Virus record (IMG/VR): IMGVR_UViG_3300044732_000293
Span: 36,842-100,841 of that record
Strand: one strand, 5' to 3'
Source: a virus
Length of the DNA stretch: 64,000 nucleotides
A model generated the notes under the pieces. It was given only the letters and a program-made list of their open reading frames with translations. It was not told where the DNA came from and made no database searches. Shown here piece by piece: positions 1-8,835 of the stretch. Made by a program: the position numbers and the translations under genes. The first letter of the stretch is position 1. Each line of letters opens with the position of its first letter.

Positions 1-17
1 TGGGTGAACCAGATGAA

Positions 18-1835
18 ATGGAATATGATTATAGAAACTATGGTAACGTAGCATACCCTAGATTCTGGGTAGATAGTAATAAAACTACATTTAGATTATT
101 TAATGCTGCTAGTAATAATAGACATTTAGATGAAAGAGAAAGTGATCTTTTCTATGTAAAGAAAGGATATTTCTATTTATTCTTTAACGGGGTAAAAGAT
201 TTCTTCTGTGAGTCTGAGGTTAATACAGCTAATAGAGATTGGGAAGATGTAATGAACAAGCGTCATTATGATCCGCATAGATTTACAGATTATAGAGCTT
301 TATTTAGATCCGACTTTATTAAAGATGGTAACTATTATAAGTATGACTATTCTTTAAGTGTATCTAAATTATACTCTAACTATATTTCTTGGGGTAATAT
401 ATTACCAAGAGACTATGATCCTAAAGTGGCTGAGACATGTTATGTGTACAGACCTAATAGAGTTATTTATTCTTTACCACAGGAATCAGAACTTAAAAAA
501 GATAATTGGAGAATATTCTTAGCTAATAACTATAAATCATTCCAATCTAAAGTTACAGCTATTAAACCTATAAATAAAACAGGTGCTTTGTTCATGATGA
601 ACTACATGAGTCCTATGCAGTTTGTAGGTGTAGATACGGTACAGACAGATGTTGGTACTAAACTTACTGTAGGAGATGGTGGTTTATTTAATCAAGCTCT
701 TCAAAATTTAGTTAACACAGATGACTCTTATGAGTATGGTTCTAACCAAAGTAAGTTTTCATCTGTATCAACTCCTTACGGTGTAACATGGGTTAGTCAG
801 AATCAAGGAAAGATATTTAACTATGCTGGCGGACTAGAAGAGATTTCTAAGAATGGGATGAAATGGTGGTTTGCTAAATACTTACCTAGTGATTTATTAA
901 AGGTGTATCCAAATTATCCTTTACATGATAATCCTGTAAAAGGTGTAGGTGTTCAAGTGATCTATGATAATACTAATGAGATTATATACATTACTAAAAA
1001 AGACTTTAAGCCTAAACGTAGTGATTACGTATATGATAGCGATGGTTGTTTTTATATATCATCTAATAATGTAAAGACTGAAATACATCTTACAAATAAG
1101 GAATACTTTGAAGATGCTAGCTGGACTATATCATATGATCCTAAAGCTAAGAGTTGGTTAAGTTTCCATGACTGGGAACCCACTTTTATGTTACCAGGTA
1201 AGTCTCATTTCATGTCTGTTAACAAGGATACTATATGGAAGCATAATATGAAAACAGATGAATTCTGTAACTTCTACGATATAGACTATCCATTTGAGGT
1301 TGAGTTTATTTCTGCAACAGGTCAGCAGGTTAATAGCCTTAGAAGTGTTGAATATATGTTAGAGGCTTATAAGTATTCTAATGATGGTAAAGATAAGTTC
1401 CATGTATTAGATGAAAACTTTGATCAGGCTATTATATATAATTCTGAGCAAGTATCTGGTCTTCTTGAATTAGAAATTAAACCTAAAGGAAATCCTTTCT
1501 TAGCATTAAGCTATCCTATAGTTAATAGTGATTATATTAAGATCTTATTTGCTAAAGAAGAAAATAAATATAGATTTAACCAATTTTTTGATATTACAAA
1601 AGACCGTGGTGAATTTGATACATCTGGTTTAGTTCATCCTTCTATGTTTAATACAAAGGCTAATGGTTATGAATTTAATATTAATCCTGCATATGTAAAC
1701 TATAAGAAGGCTGTAACAGAACGTAAGAAATTCCGTCATAATGTAAACAGAGTGTTTTTAAAGAAACATGTGAGTGGTGATGTTAAATTACTATTTAAAT
1801 TATCTAATCAGAAATTACAAAGTTCTTTACGATGA
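18..1835 (+). CDS. Tail stabilisation/muzzle-like virion protein, C-terminal part (5'-truncated by window)
   Basis: Frame is open back to the window edge. Beta-rich sequence with motifs typical of crAss-like stabilisation proteins (YGSNQSKFS..TPYG, EISKNGMKWWF, WTISYD..W.SFHDW.P). Lies directly before the cargo genes. Confidence 0.7.
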   Translation: MEYDYRNYGNVAYPRFWVDSNKTTFRLFNAASNNRHLDERESDLFYVKKGYFYLFFNGVKDFFCESEVNTANRDWEDVMNKRHYDPHRFTDYRALFRSDFIKDGNYYKYDYSLSVSKLYSNYISWGNILPRDYDPKVAETCYVYRPNRVIYSLPQESELKKDNWRIFLANNYKSFQSKVTAIKPINKTGALFMMNYMSPMQFVGVDTVQTDVGTKLTVGDGGLFNQALQNLVNTDDSYEYGSNQSKFSSVSTPYGVTWVSQNQGKIFNYAGGLEEISKNGMKWWFAKYLPSDLLKVYPNYPLHDNPVKGVGVQVIYDNTNEIIYITKKDFKPKRSDYVYDSDGCFYISSNNVKTEIHLTNKEYFEDASWTISYDPKAKSWLSFHDWEPTFMLPGKSHFMSVNKDTIWKHNMKTDEFCNFYDIDYPFEVEFISATGQQVNSLRSVEYMLEAYKYSNDGKDKFHVLDENFDQAIIYNSEQVSGLLELEIKPKGNPFLALSYPIVNSDYIKILFAKEENKYRFNQFFDITKDRGEFDTSGLVHPSMFNTKANGYEFNINPAYVNYKKAVTERKKFRHNVNRVFLKKHVSGDVKLLFKLSNQKLQSSLR

Positions 1836-4336
1836 CCTATAATAAAACATTATTAAATAGTATACATAAACCTTTGAAAAAATCTCAGGGTGGTGGTACT
1901 TTTAATGGTAAACCTACTGTTAAACAAATCATGCAGATGCCTGATAAAAGGTATGCACCTAGTCCTGCAGTTATGAATACTAAAGCAGGTTTAGCAGCCG
2001 CTAGTATAATGAGTGGTCCTTTTTCATTTATACCTGGTACAGCATCTGCTGTATACGATCTTGGTACTTCAGCTCGTTATGCAATGGATGGTCAATGGGA
2101 TAATGCAAAAGAAGATTTAATATCTGCAGGTTTAAATGCAATTCCTACTGCTGGTGTATATGCTGCTTTAGCAGGTATGGGAAAGTTACAAAAAGCTGCT
2201 AGAGCCAGAGCTGCTATAAGAAGTGCAAAAGGTGCTATGAATGCAAAAGACATTGCAGGATCAAGTACTATCAGAAACAATATTACAGGTCTTGTCCAAG
2301 AGTTTGATAAAACTGGTAAAGAAATTAGTTCTATGAGACCTAGGTCAGCAGCTGAGGTTAAAGCTTATAATCAAAATTTAAAGAGTCAGTATAGAACAGG
2401 AGCTACTCCTGAAGGACCTGCTGAGCTTATGCCTTTTAGATCTCCTGATTTTGCAGGTGGCGGAATGATTGTAGATCCTATGGGACAGTGGGCTCATCCT
2501 GGAAAAAACACTCGTATACCTGGTGATGATGAAAATAATAAAACTAATATAACTATGAAAGGCGTTAACTATCCTGTACTTGGTATAGGTTCTAATGGTA
2601 AAAGTATGATGATGTATCCTGAACAAGATTATGAATTTGGTGGTGCCTCTTATGTAGATGAATATCCTATGATGGGTAAAGGTGGAGAAATGATACGTAG
2701 AGCTGATGGTTCATATTCTAAAAGAGGTTTATGGGATAATATTCGTGCCAATAAGGGTAGTGGTAAAAAGCCTACTAAACAAATGTTAGAACAAGAAAAG
2801 AAAATTAAAGCTAAAAATATGGCAAACGGTGGTACCAACAATCCTGGTTTTGAAGCCCTGCCTGAATATGTACAGGCTAAAATATTAAGTCAAATGGGTT
2901 ACGGTGGTTATTATAATCCTTATATGGAAGAGGGTGGTGAACCAAATGGTGGTATGGCATTAGGTCAGATTATGGCTGTAGCTGATAAGATGAATAAGTT
3001 ACGTGAGTTTGTTTCTCCTGAAGAAAACTTAGATCCATGGATTGCTTCTAAGTTAGCTGTAATGGATGATAGTGCAGCTGCTATTGCTGACTATATGATG
3101 TATAATCCTGAAGCTCAAGGAGAGGGTACTGAAGAAGAAATGGGAGAAGAGTATGAACAAGAGGGTGAAGAAGAAACAATGGCTAATGGTGGATACGTTG
3201 TAACTAGAAGTAATGATAGAAAAGGTAAGACACATAAAGTGACAGGTCCTGATGGAACTGTTAAATACTTTGGGGATTCTAAATTAGGACAACACCCTAA
3301 AGATCCTGAACGTAAAAAAGCTTTCTATGCTCGTCATAAAAAGAACTTAGAAAATAATCCTTTCTTTAGAGCATTTGCTAGAAAGACTTGGAAAGAAGGT
3401 GGTTCTACATTTAGTGGTAATGCATGGTATGGTAATGGCGGAACTAATAATGCAGGTTTTAAAGCTCTTCCTGATTATGTACAACATCAAATCTTATCTA
3501 ATATGGCCTACGGTGGACAACCTTGCTACGAATGTGGTGGTATGTACGCTGATGGCGGATACTACGATTGTCCTGATCAAGAAAAAGATCCTGTAACAGG
3601 TAAGTGTAGTGCTGAAGTAGCTCGTGGTAAACAAGCAGCGGCTGCTAATAAAGCAGCTAATGCTGATATGAATGCATGGGCTAAACAAGTAGCTGCTATA
3701 GATAAAGAAAATGCTAGACAAGATGCTGCTCAGTATGCTGGACAATTAGGATTTGATTATGATTGGATGCAGTCTCCTGTAGATAAAGCAGAGAAAAAAG
3801 CTGCTATGGCTCAATATAAACAATTCTTTCAGCAGAATCCTAAAACATTTGTAGCTGATGATACATCTGGATTTAGTCCTGAACAGAAATATATTATTGC
3901 TAGTAAGTTAAAACAGAAATCATCAACTCCTATGGGATCTAAAGCTTTTCAACAAAAGTTTAATCAAGATCCTAGGTTTATGGATTTAGGACGTTTACAG
4001 TCTGATATTGTACCAATGATGGGCGGATGGGATGCTACTAGAAATTATTTATTTGGTAATAAAGAATATGGTGGTATTCATATTAACCCAGCTAATAAAG
4101 GTAAGTTTACTGCATCAGCTAAAAGAGCAGGCATGGGTGTACAGGAATTTGCATCTCAAGTGCTAGCTAATAAGGAAGATTATTCTTCTACTCAAGTAAA
4201 AAGAGCTAACTTTGCACGTAATGCTGCAGGTTGGAATAAGGCTGATGGTGGTCCGATAGCTGGACAAGAAATGGATGTCACTCCAGAAGAGTTAGAAATG
4301 CTTCGTCAACAAGGTTATCAATTTGAAATATTATAA
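1832..4336 (+). CDS. Modular virion cargo protein/polyprotein with repeated x-x-x-G-G motifs
   Basis: 834 aa; about 14 [M/Y/W/F/K]xxGG motifs separate short modules, one module is duplicated; ATGA overlap with the upstream gene. Confidence 0.6.
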   Translation: MTYNKTLLNSIHKPLKKSQGGGTFNGKPTVKQIMQMPDKRYAPSPAVMNTKAGLAAASIMSGPFSFIPGTASAVYDLGTSARYAMDGQWDNAKEDLISAGLNAIPTAGVYAALAGMGKLQKAARARAAIRSAKGAMNAKDIAGSSTIRNNITGLVQEFDKTGKEISSMRPRSAAEVKAYNQNLKSQYRTGATPEGPAELMPFRSPDFAGGGMIVDPMGQWAHPGKNTRIPGDDENNKTNITMKGVNYPVLGIGSNGKSMMMYPEQDYEFGGASYVDEYPMMGKGGEMIRRADGSYSKRGLWDNIRANKGSGKKPTKQMLEQEKKIKAKNMANGGTNNPGFEALPEYVQAKILSQMGYGGYYNPYMEEGGEPNGGMALGQIMAVADKMNKLREFVSPEENLDPWIASKLAVMDDSAAAIADYMMYNPEAQGEGTEEEMGEEYEQEGEEETMANGGYVVTRSNDRKGKTHKVTGPDGTVKYFGDSKLGQHPKDPERKKAFYARHKKNLENNPFFRAFARKTWKEGGSTFSGNAWYGNGGTNNAGFKALPDYVQHQILSNMAYGGQPCYECGGMYADGGYYDCPDQEKDPVTGKCSAEVARGKQAAAANKAANADMNAWAKQVAAIDKENARQDAAQYAGQLGFDYDWMQSPVDKAEKKAAMAQYKQFFQQNPKTFVADDTSGFSPEQKYIIASKLKQKSSTPMGSKAFQQKFNQDPRFMDLGRLQSDIVPMMGGWDATRNYLFGNKEYGGIHINPANKGKFTASAKRAGMGVQEFASQVLANKEDYSSTQVKRANFARNAAGWNKADGGPIAGQEMDVTPEELEMLRQQGYQFEIL
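2819..3517 (+). repeat. Duplicated protein module (copies at ~2819-2908 and ~3428-3517)
   Basis: MANGGTNNPGFEALPEYVQAKILSQMGYGG versus YGNGGTNNAGFKALPDYVQHQILSNMAYGG. Confidence 0.85.
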
Positions 4337-4341
4337 GCATA

Positions 4342-7300
4342 ATGAAAATACGTATTACAGGAAAATCTTTACCTAAAGCTCAAAATGGAAAACCAATTAA
4401 TTATAAAAATTGGGTTGAGATTAATGGGACAAAAGTTTATGAGGGTGAAGCAGGATATGAAGAAGCTAGTAAAAAAGCTCAAGATGAATTTGCTCCAGCA
4501 AGAGCTCAGATAGCTGCGTGGAAAGCTAGTAAAGGTAAACCACCTGCTACAGTTACTGCACAAAGCAATCCACAAGCTGCAGGAACTTCTACACTTCAGA
4601 ATAATAATCCTTTTCAGGGAGTTACTAACTTTTTTAATAAGTCTGTTAAACCGTTATTCCAAAGAAATTCACAACAACCTACTGCTCCAGTTCAACAAAA
4701 TGTAAATACTGGTTTTAGTTTAGGTAATCCTGGTAACCAGACTTTTTTTACTCCAACGGGTAATAGTAGTAATCCTTATACATGGATGCCAACTGGTCAA
4801 AGTTTAGCTGCTCAACCTACACCACAAGCTTCACAGCCTGCTGCTCCTAGCAATCCATTACTAACCTGGAACAATCTTGGTTTACCTACAGATCCTGCTT
4901 ATATTAACAATGGTCTTATAGATAGTAAAAAAGGTTATGTAACAAAACAAGATACAGAGAAGTTGTTTAATGACATGAGATCACAAGGAAAGAATCTTCA
5001 GAACACTTTTGATACTGGATCTGCTAAAGATGTTAGACAAGCTATTGCTAATTATAATTCTCAATTTGGTACAGAGTTAAAAGATCCTAGATTGATTAAA
5101 CTAGGAGCTAAAGGTAGAAAAACTGTAGGACTTCTTGGAAAAGGAGCAGATGCTCTTCAACAAGGTATAGCTGTAACTAGTGCTCTTACTGACTTTATTG
5201 ATAATAAGAATCAGCAGAATAGATTTAACTCTTATATGAGAGATCAACAGATGTCTGATAATTTATATCCTGCTGTGCAAGGTTCTCGTGGAGATTATGT
5301 TCAGACAGGTACATCTTATGGTGCATTTAGACCAGATCAAATGGTTGTTAACAAAGGTATGTTTGCTCAAATGGGTGGAGAATTAAATATAGATAATATG
5401 AAAATACGTATAACATCTGGACCAAACAAAATGGAATATGGTGGTCAAGCTAAAAATGGCTATGGATTAGATCTAGGAAGTGGTCGTATCTATGAAGATA
5501 TGAATCAAAGTTCTTTTGATAATGCTAGCAATACTATGTCAGAAATTAAGAATCCTAATGAGCCGTATGTATTAGAAACAGAAGGTGATGAGGAAGTACT
5601 TCGTCCTGATGGAACTAAGTTTAGACTTAAAGGAAAGAGTCATGCTGAAGGTGGTATTAAAAATACTGCATCTCAGATACCAACAGGATCTTTTGTATAT
5701 TCTAAAAAACTTAAAGAAACTAATCCAGAAATCTTAGGAGCGTTTAATAAAACTTATAAGCGTGGTGGAGTATCTTATTCAGATATATCTAAGCAGTATG
5801 ATTTAAATAAGTTTAAAGCAATCTTAGATGATCCTAACGCAGATCCTTTAGCTAAGTCTACAGCTCAAATGATGAGTGATAATTATAAGAAGAAACTTGG
5901 TCAGTTAGCTTTAGCTCAAGAAAGTAAAAAAGGTTTTAAAGATGGTGTACCACAAGTGTATACAAACTCAGTTGAACAAGCTGCTTATGGTGGTTATATA
6001 GATACATTTGCATTAGGAGGTGCTTCTTATTTATTAGGAGCAGAACAAATAAATCCATATGCTGGTGGTAAAGAAAAAACTCCAACAGGAAAAAGTAATA
6101 AGTATGATCGTGGTAAAGAATATTTAGAAAACTGGGAGAAGTTTATTCCTGGTGTTAGTAAGTTATCTAATAAAGAAGCTCAGAGTAAAATCTATGATCT
6201 TATTTATGAACAGAATCCAGATGCTATTAATGAGATGTGGACAAAGTATGGTTTAACTAATGAGGGTAAGAAATATAAAGATTTAAGTGGTTTAACTAAA
6301 AATGGTAGATTTACTAAGCAACTTAGTGCAGATCAGTTAAAAAGTTTAAAGAAAGCTTATGTAGATGGATACTTTGGAGCTCGTCAATTAGATCCTAGTG
6401 CTATTCCACCTCCACCACCTCCTCCTCCGCCACCCCCTCCACCGCCTCCTCCACCACCACCGCCCCCTCCTCCTCCTCCATTGATTCCTCCTCCAATAGA
6501 GAGAGGTAAGATTCCTCCTGTTCCTTATGATTTTCTTGCTCCTGATAAGATGAGTATGTTGGCGGCTGGATTAAATCCTCCTAAGAAATACTTACCTTAT
6601 TATGCAAATTATAAGGCTAATTTACCTACTCCTACATTCTATAGTCCAGAACGTGAGCTAGCGGCTAATGCTGAACAAGCTAATATTATGACTCAGAGTC
6701 TTGCAAATTTTGCAAATCCTCAAGCATTTATGAGCAATGCATCTGCTGTACAAGGTAAGGCTGCTGAACAAGCTGCTAACACATTAGGTAAGTATAATAA
6801 CTTAAATGTTGGTGTAGCTAATCAGTTTTCTCCAATGATAGCTGAGACTTTGAATAAACAAGCTATGTATGCTGCTGAAAGAGCTAATGAGTTGTTTAAA
6901 GGTAATGTTATTGCTAATCAACAATATGATAACTCTAAACGAGCTTATGTTAATAATCTTGCTAAATCTTATGCTAATGCATGGAACAATCGTATGAACT
7001 TAGGAGATATTAATGATAGCATGGCTTATTATTATAAAGATCCTGCTACAGGAAGAAATGTATTTAAAGGTCCTGTTGGAAGTATAAAAGATTTAGGAAT
7101 GTATGGAAGTTCTTCAAACATGATGGGTATGAATCAACCAGCTCCTGTAGGTAATTTAGGTAATGCTTATAATAGTTTATATAAAGACTATTTAGCTCAG
7201 TTACAAGATTCTGACATGACTGCTGAGGAAAAAAAGAAACAAGCATCTAAATTAGCTAATTTAGGTATACAAAGTATGAGATCAACCAGAACAGTTAATT

Positions 7301-7392
7301 CAAGAAACCCTTTTCAATTTAATCAAAGAAACACACAGTATACTGGTTTAGAAAACTTCTCTGATGAAGATTTCATGGATGACCAAGAATAA
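4342..7392 (+). CDS. Virion cargo/ejection protein with GG motifs and polyproline tract
   Basis: 1016 aa, no Cys; E.EGDE..PDG..SHAEGG segment typical of crAss-like cargo proteins; MKIRIT occurs twice; 25-Pro run. Confidence 0.6.
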   Translation: MKIRITGKSLPKAQNGKPINYKNWVEINGTKVYEGEAGYEEASKKAQDEFAPARAQIAAWKASKGKPPATVTAQSNPQAAGTSTLQNNNPFQGVTNFFNKSVKPLFQRNSQQPTAPVQQNVNTGFSLGNPGNQTFFTPTGNSSNPYTWMPTGQSLAAQPTPQASQPAAPSNPLLTWNNLGLPTDPAYINNGLIDSKKGYVTKQDTEKLFNDMRSQGKNLQNTFDTGSAKDVRQAIANYNSQFGTELKDPRLIKLGAKGRKTVGLLGKGADALQQGIAVTSALTDFIDNKNQQNRFNSYMRDQQMSDNLYPAVQGSRGDYVQTGTSYGAFRPDQMVVNKGMFAQMGGELNIDNMKIRITSGPNKMEYGGQAKNGYGLDLGSGRIYEDMNQSSFDNASNTMSEIKNPNEPYVLETEGDEEVLRPDGTKFRLKGKSHAEGGIKNTASQIPTGSFVYSKKLKETNPEILGAFNKTYKRGGVSYSDISKQYDLNKFKAILDDPNADPLAKSTAQMMSDNYKKKLGQLALAQESKKGFKDGVPQVYTNSVEQAAYGGYIDTFALGGASYLLGAEQINPYAGGKEKTPTGKSNKYDRGKEYLENWEKFIPGVSKLSNKEAQSKIYDLIYEQNPDAINEMWTKYGLTNEGKKYKDLSGLTKNGRFTKQLSADQLKSLKKAYVDGYFGARQLDPSAIPPPPPPPPPPPPPPPPPPPPPPPPPLIPPPIERGKIPPVPYDFLAPDKMSMLAAGLNPPKKYLPYYANYKANLPTPTFYSPERELAANAEQANIMTQSLANFANPQAFMSNASAVQGKAAEQAANTLGKYNNLNVGVANQFSPMIAETLNKQAMYAAERANELFKGNVIANQQYDNSKRAYVNNLAKSYANAWNNRMNLGDINDSMAYYYKDPATGRNVFKGPVGSIKDLGMYGSSSNMMGMNQPAPVGNLGNAYNSLYKDYLAQLQDSDMTAEEKKKQASKLANLGIQSMRSTRTVNSRNPFQFNQRNTQYTGLENFSDEDFMDDQE
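6406..6480 (+). repeat. Polyproline-coding tract (25 consecutive CCN codons)
   Basis: Mixed cca/cct/ccg/ccc codons; a GC-rich island in an AT-rich genome. Confidence 0.95.
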
Positions 7393-7430
7393 ACCTATTA
7401 AGTTTAGTTTTAAACTTTAAAGATTTTATA

Positions 7431-7445
7431 GTATATTATTATGTA
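7431..7445 (+). promoter_or_regulatory. Candidate phage late promoter GTATATTATTATGTA
   Basis: 14/15 identical to 48734-48748; both are intergenic and upstream of + strand late genes. Confidence 0.55.
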
Positions 7446-7451
7446 AACAAT

Positions 7452-8831
7452 ATGGCAAGTTATATCCCAAATATTACAGACGTCTTTCCAGAACCAGTGC
7501 TTTACAGTCCTGATTTTAATAGGATTGAAAGAATGCTGCAGCAGAGAGAAGGTATGTACAAGCAAGGAGCTCAACGAGTAAAAAACTTGTATGAGTCAGT
7601 TTTTAATTCCAGTATGTTAAGAAGTGATAACATCCAAAGAAGAGATGCTTATCTTAAAGCAATTGATGAAGGTCTTAAAACTGTCTCTGCTCTTGACTTA
7701 TCTCTTCCTCAAAATCAGGAAATAGCTAGTAAGTTATTTGAACCTGTTACTACAGATCAAAGTATAGTAAAAGATATTCAATTTACTAAACAGTATCAGA
7801 GTGAATCAGCTAAAGCTGAACAACTTAGATCTTCTCAAGATCCTGCTATTAGAAAACAATACTGGGATACAGGTATGAAAGCTTTGCAATATCAAGCAGA
7901 AGAGTTTAAGAATGCAAATAGTAATGAAGCATTAAGTATGGGTAGTCCTAGTTATACACCTAACGTAGATCTATTTGAGCTATCTCAGAAAATGTATAAA
8001 GATGCAGGTATTAGTATAACTCAGGATAGTGTAAATGGTGGTTATATAATTACTCAAAAGAATGGAGATAATGCTATGCCTCTTACTCAATCCATGGTTA
8101 ACATGATGTTTGATCAAGATCCAGCTATTAAGTCTATGATTCAAACTCAAGCTTATGTAAATCGTAAAGATGAGATAGGTGCTAGAGCTCCTAAGTATAA
8201 AGGTAATACTGCTTTAGCAGAACAAGAATATACTAATGAAATAATAACTGACCTAGCTTCTCAACAAAATGCTCAATTAGATATTGATACAGCTTCTTTA
8301 GGTATACTTAGATCTAATGTAGAAAAGTGGGAAAAAATGATTAAGTCTAAAGGTATTGTTCCAGGAAGTAAAGATCATGAAGAGTATATGATGGCAGTGG
8401 GCAAATTAGATATGATGGAGAAGACCGTTACTCATGGTAGAAATAATTTATTACAGATGCAGAATATTGATAAAACTAACTTAGCTGATTTAAGAACAGC
8501 TGCTGATGGTGCAATATCTTCTGTATTATATCAAAAGTTAACAGGTCAACTTTCTAAATTCTTGGCATTTAAAGATGCAAGTGTAAAAATAAAAGCTGAT
8601 CCTTTTGCTTTATCTAGTCATAATTCTAACTTATCTTTGGGAAGAGCTCAAATAATGGAATCTATTAGACAAGGTAATAGAATTAAAACATTAGAAAAGA
8701 GAAAAGAATTAGGACTTGGTAGTGGTAGTGGTGGTTCTGGTAAAACTGGACCTATTGTTATAGATGAAAAAGGAAATTCTACTGGACCTATTAATCCACA
8801 AGATATAATAGACGGACTAAAAAAAGATTAA
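7452..8831 (+). CDS. Putative virion ejection/cargo protein
   Basis: 459 aa, helical, no Cys, in the virion block. Confidence 0.55.
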   Translation: MASYIPNITDVFPEPVLYSPDFNRIERMLQQREGMYKQGAQRVKNLYESVFNSSMLRSDNIQRRDAYLKAIDEGLKTVSALDLSLPQNQEIASKLFEPVTTDQSIVKDIQFTKQYQSESAKAEQLRSSQDPAIRKQYWDTGMKALQYQAEEFKNANSNEALSMGSPSYTPNVDLFELSQKMYKDAGISITQDSVNGGYIITQKNGDNAMPLTQSMVNMMFDQDPAIKSMIQTQAYVNRKDEIGARAPKYKGNTALAEQEYTNEIITDLASQQNAQLDIDTASLGILRSNVEKWEKMIKSKGIVPGSKDHEEYMMAVGKLDMMEKTVTHGRNNLLQMQNIDKTNLADLRTAADGAISSVLYQKLTGQLSKFLAFKDASVKIKADPFALSSHNSNLSLGRAQIMESIRQGNRIKTLEKRKELGLGSGSGGSGKTGPIVIDEKGNSTGPINPQDIIDGLKKD

Positions 8832-8835
8832 TATT

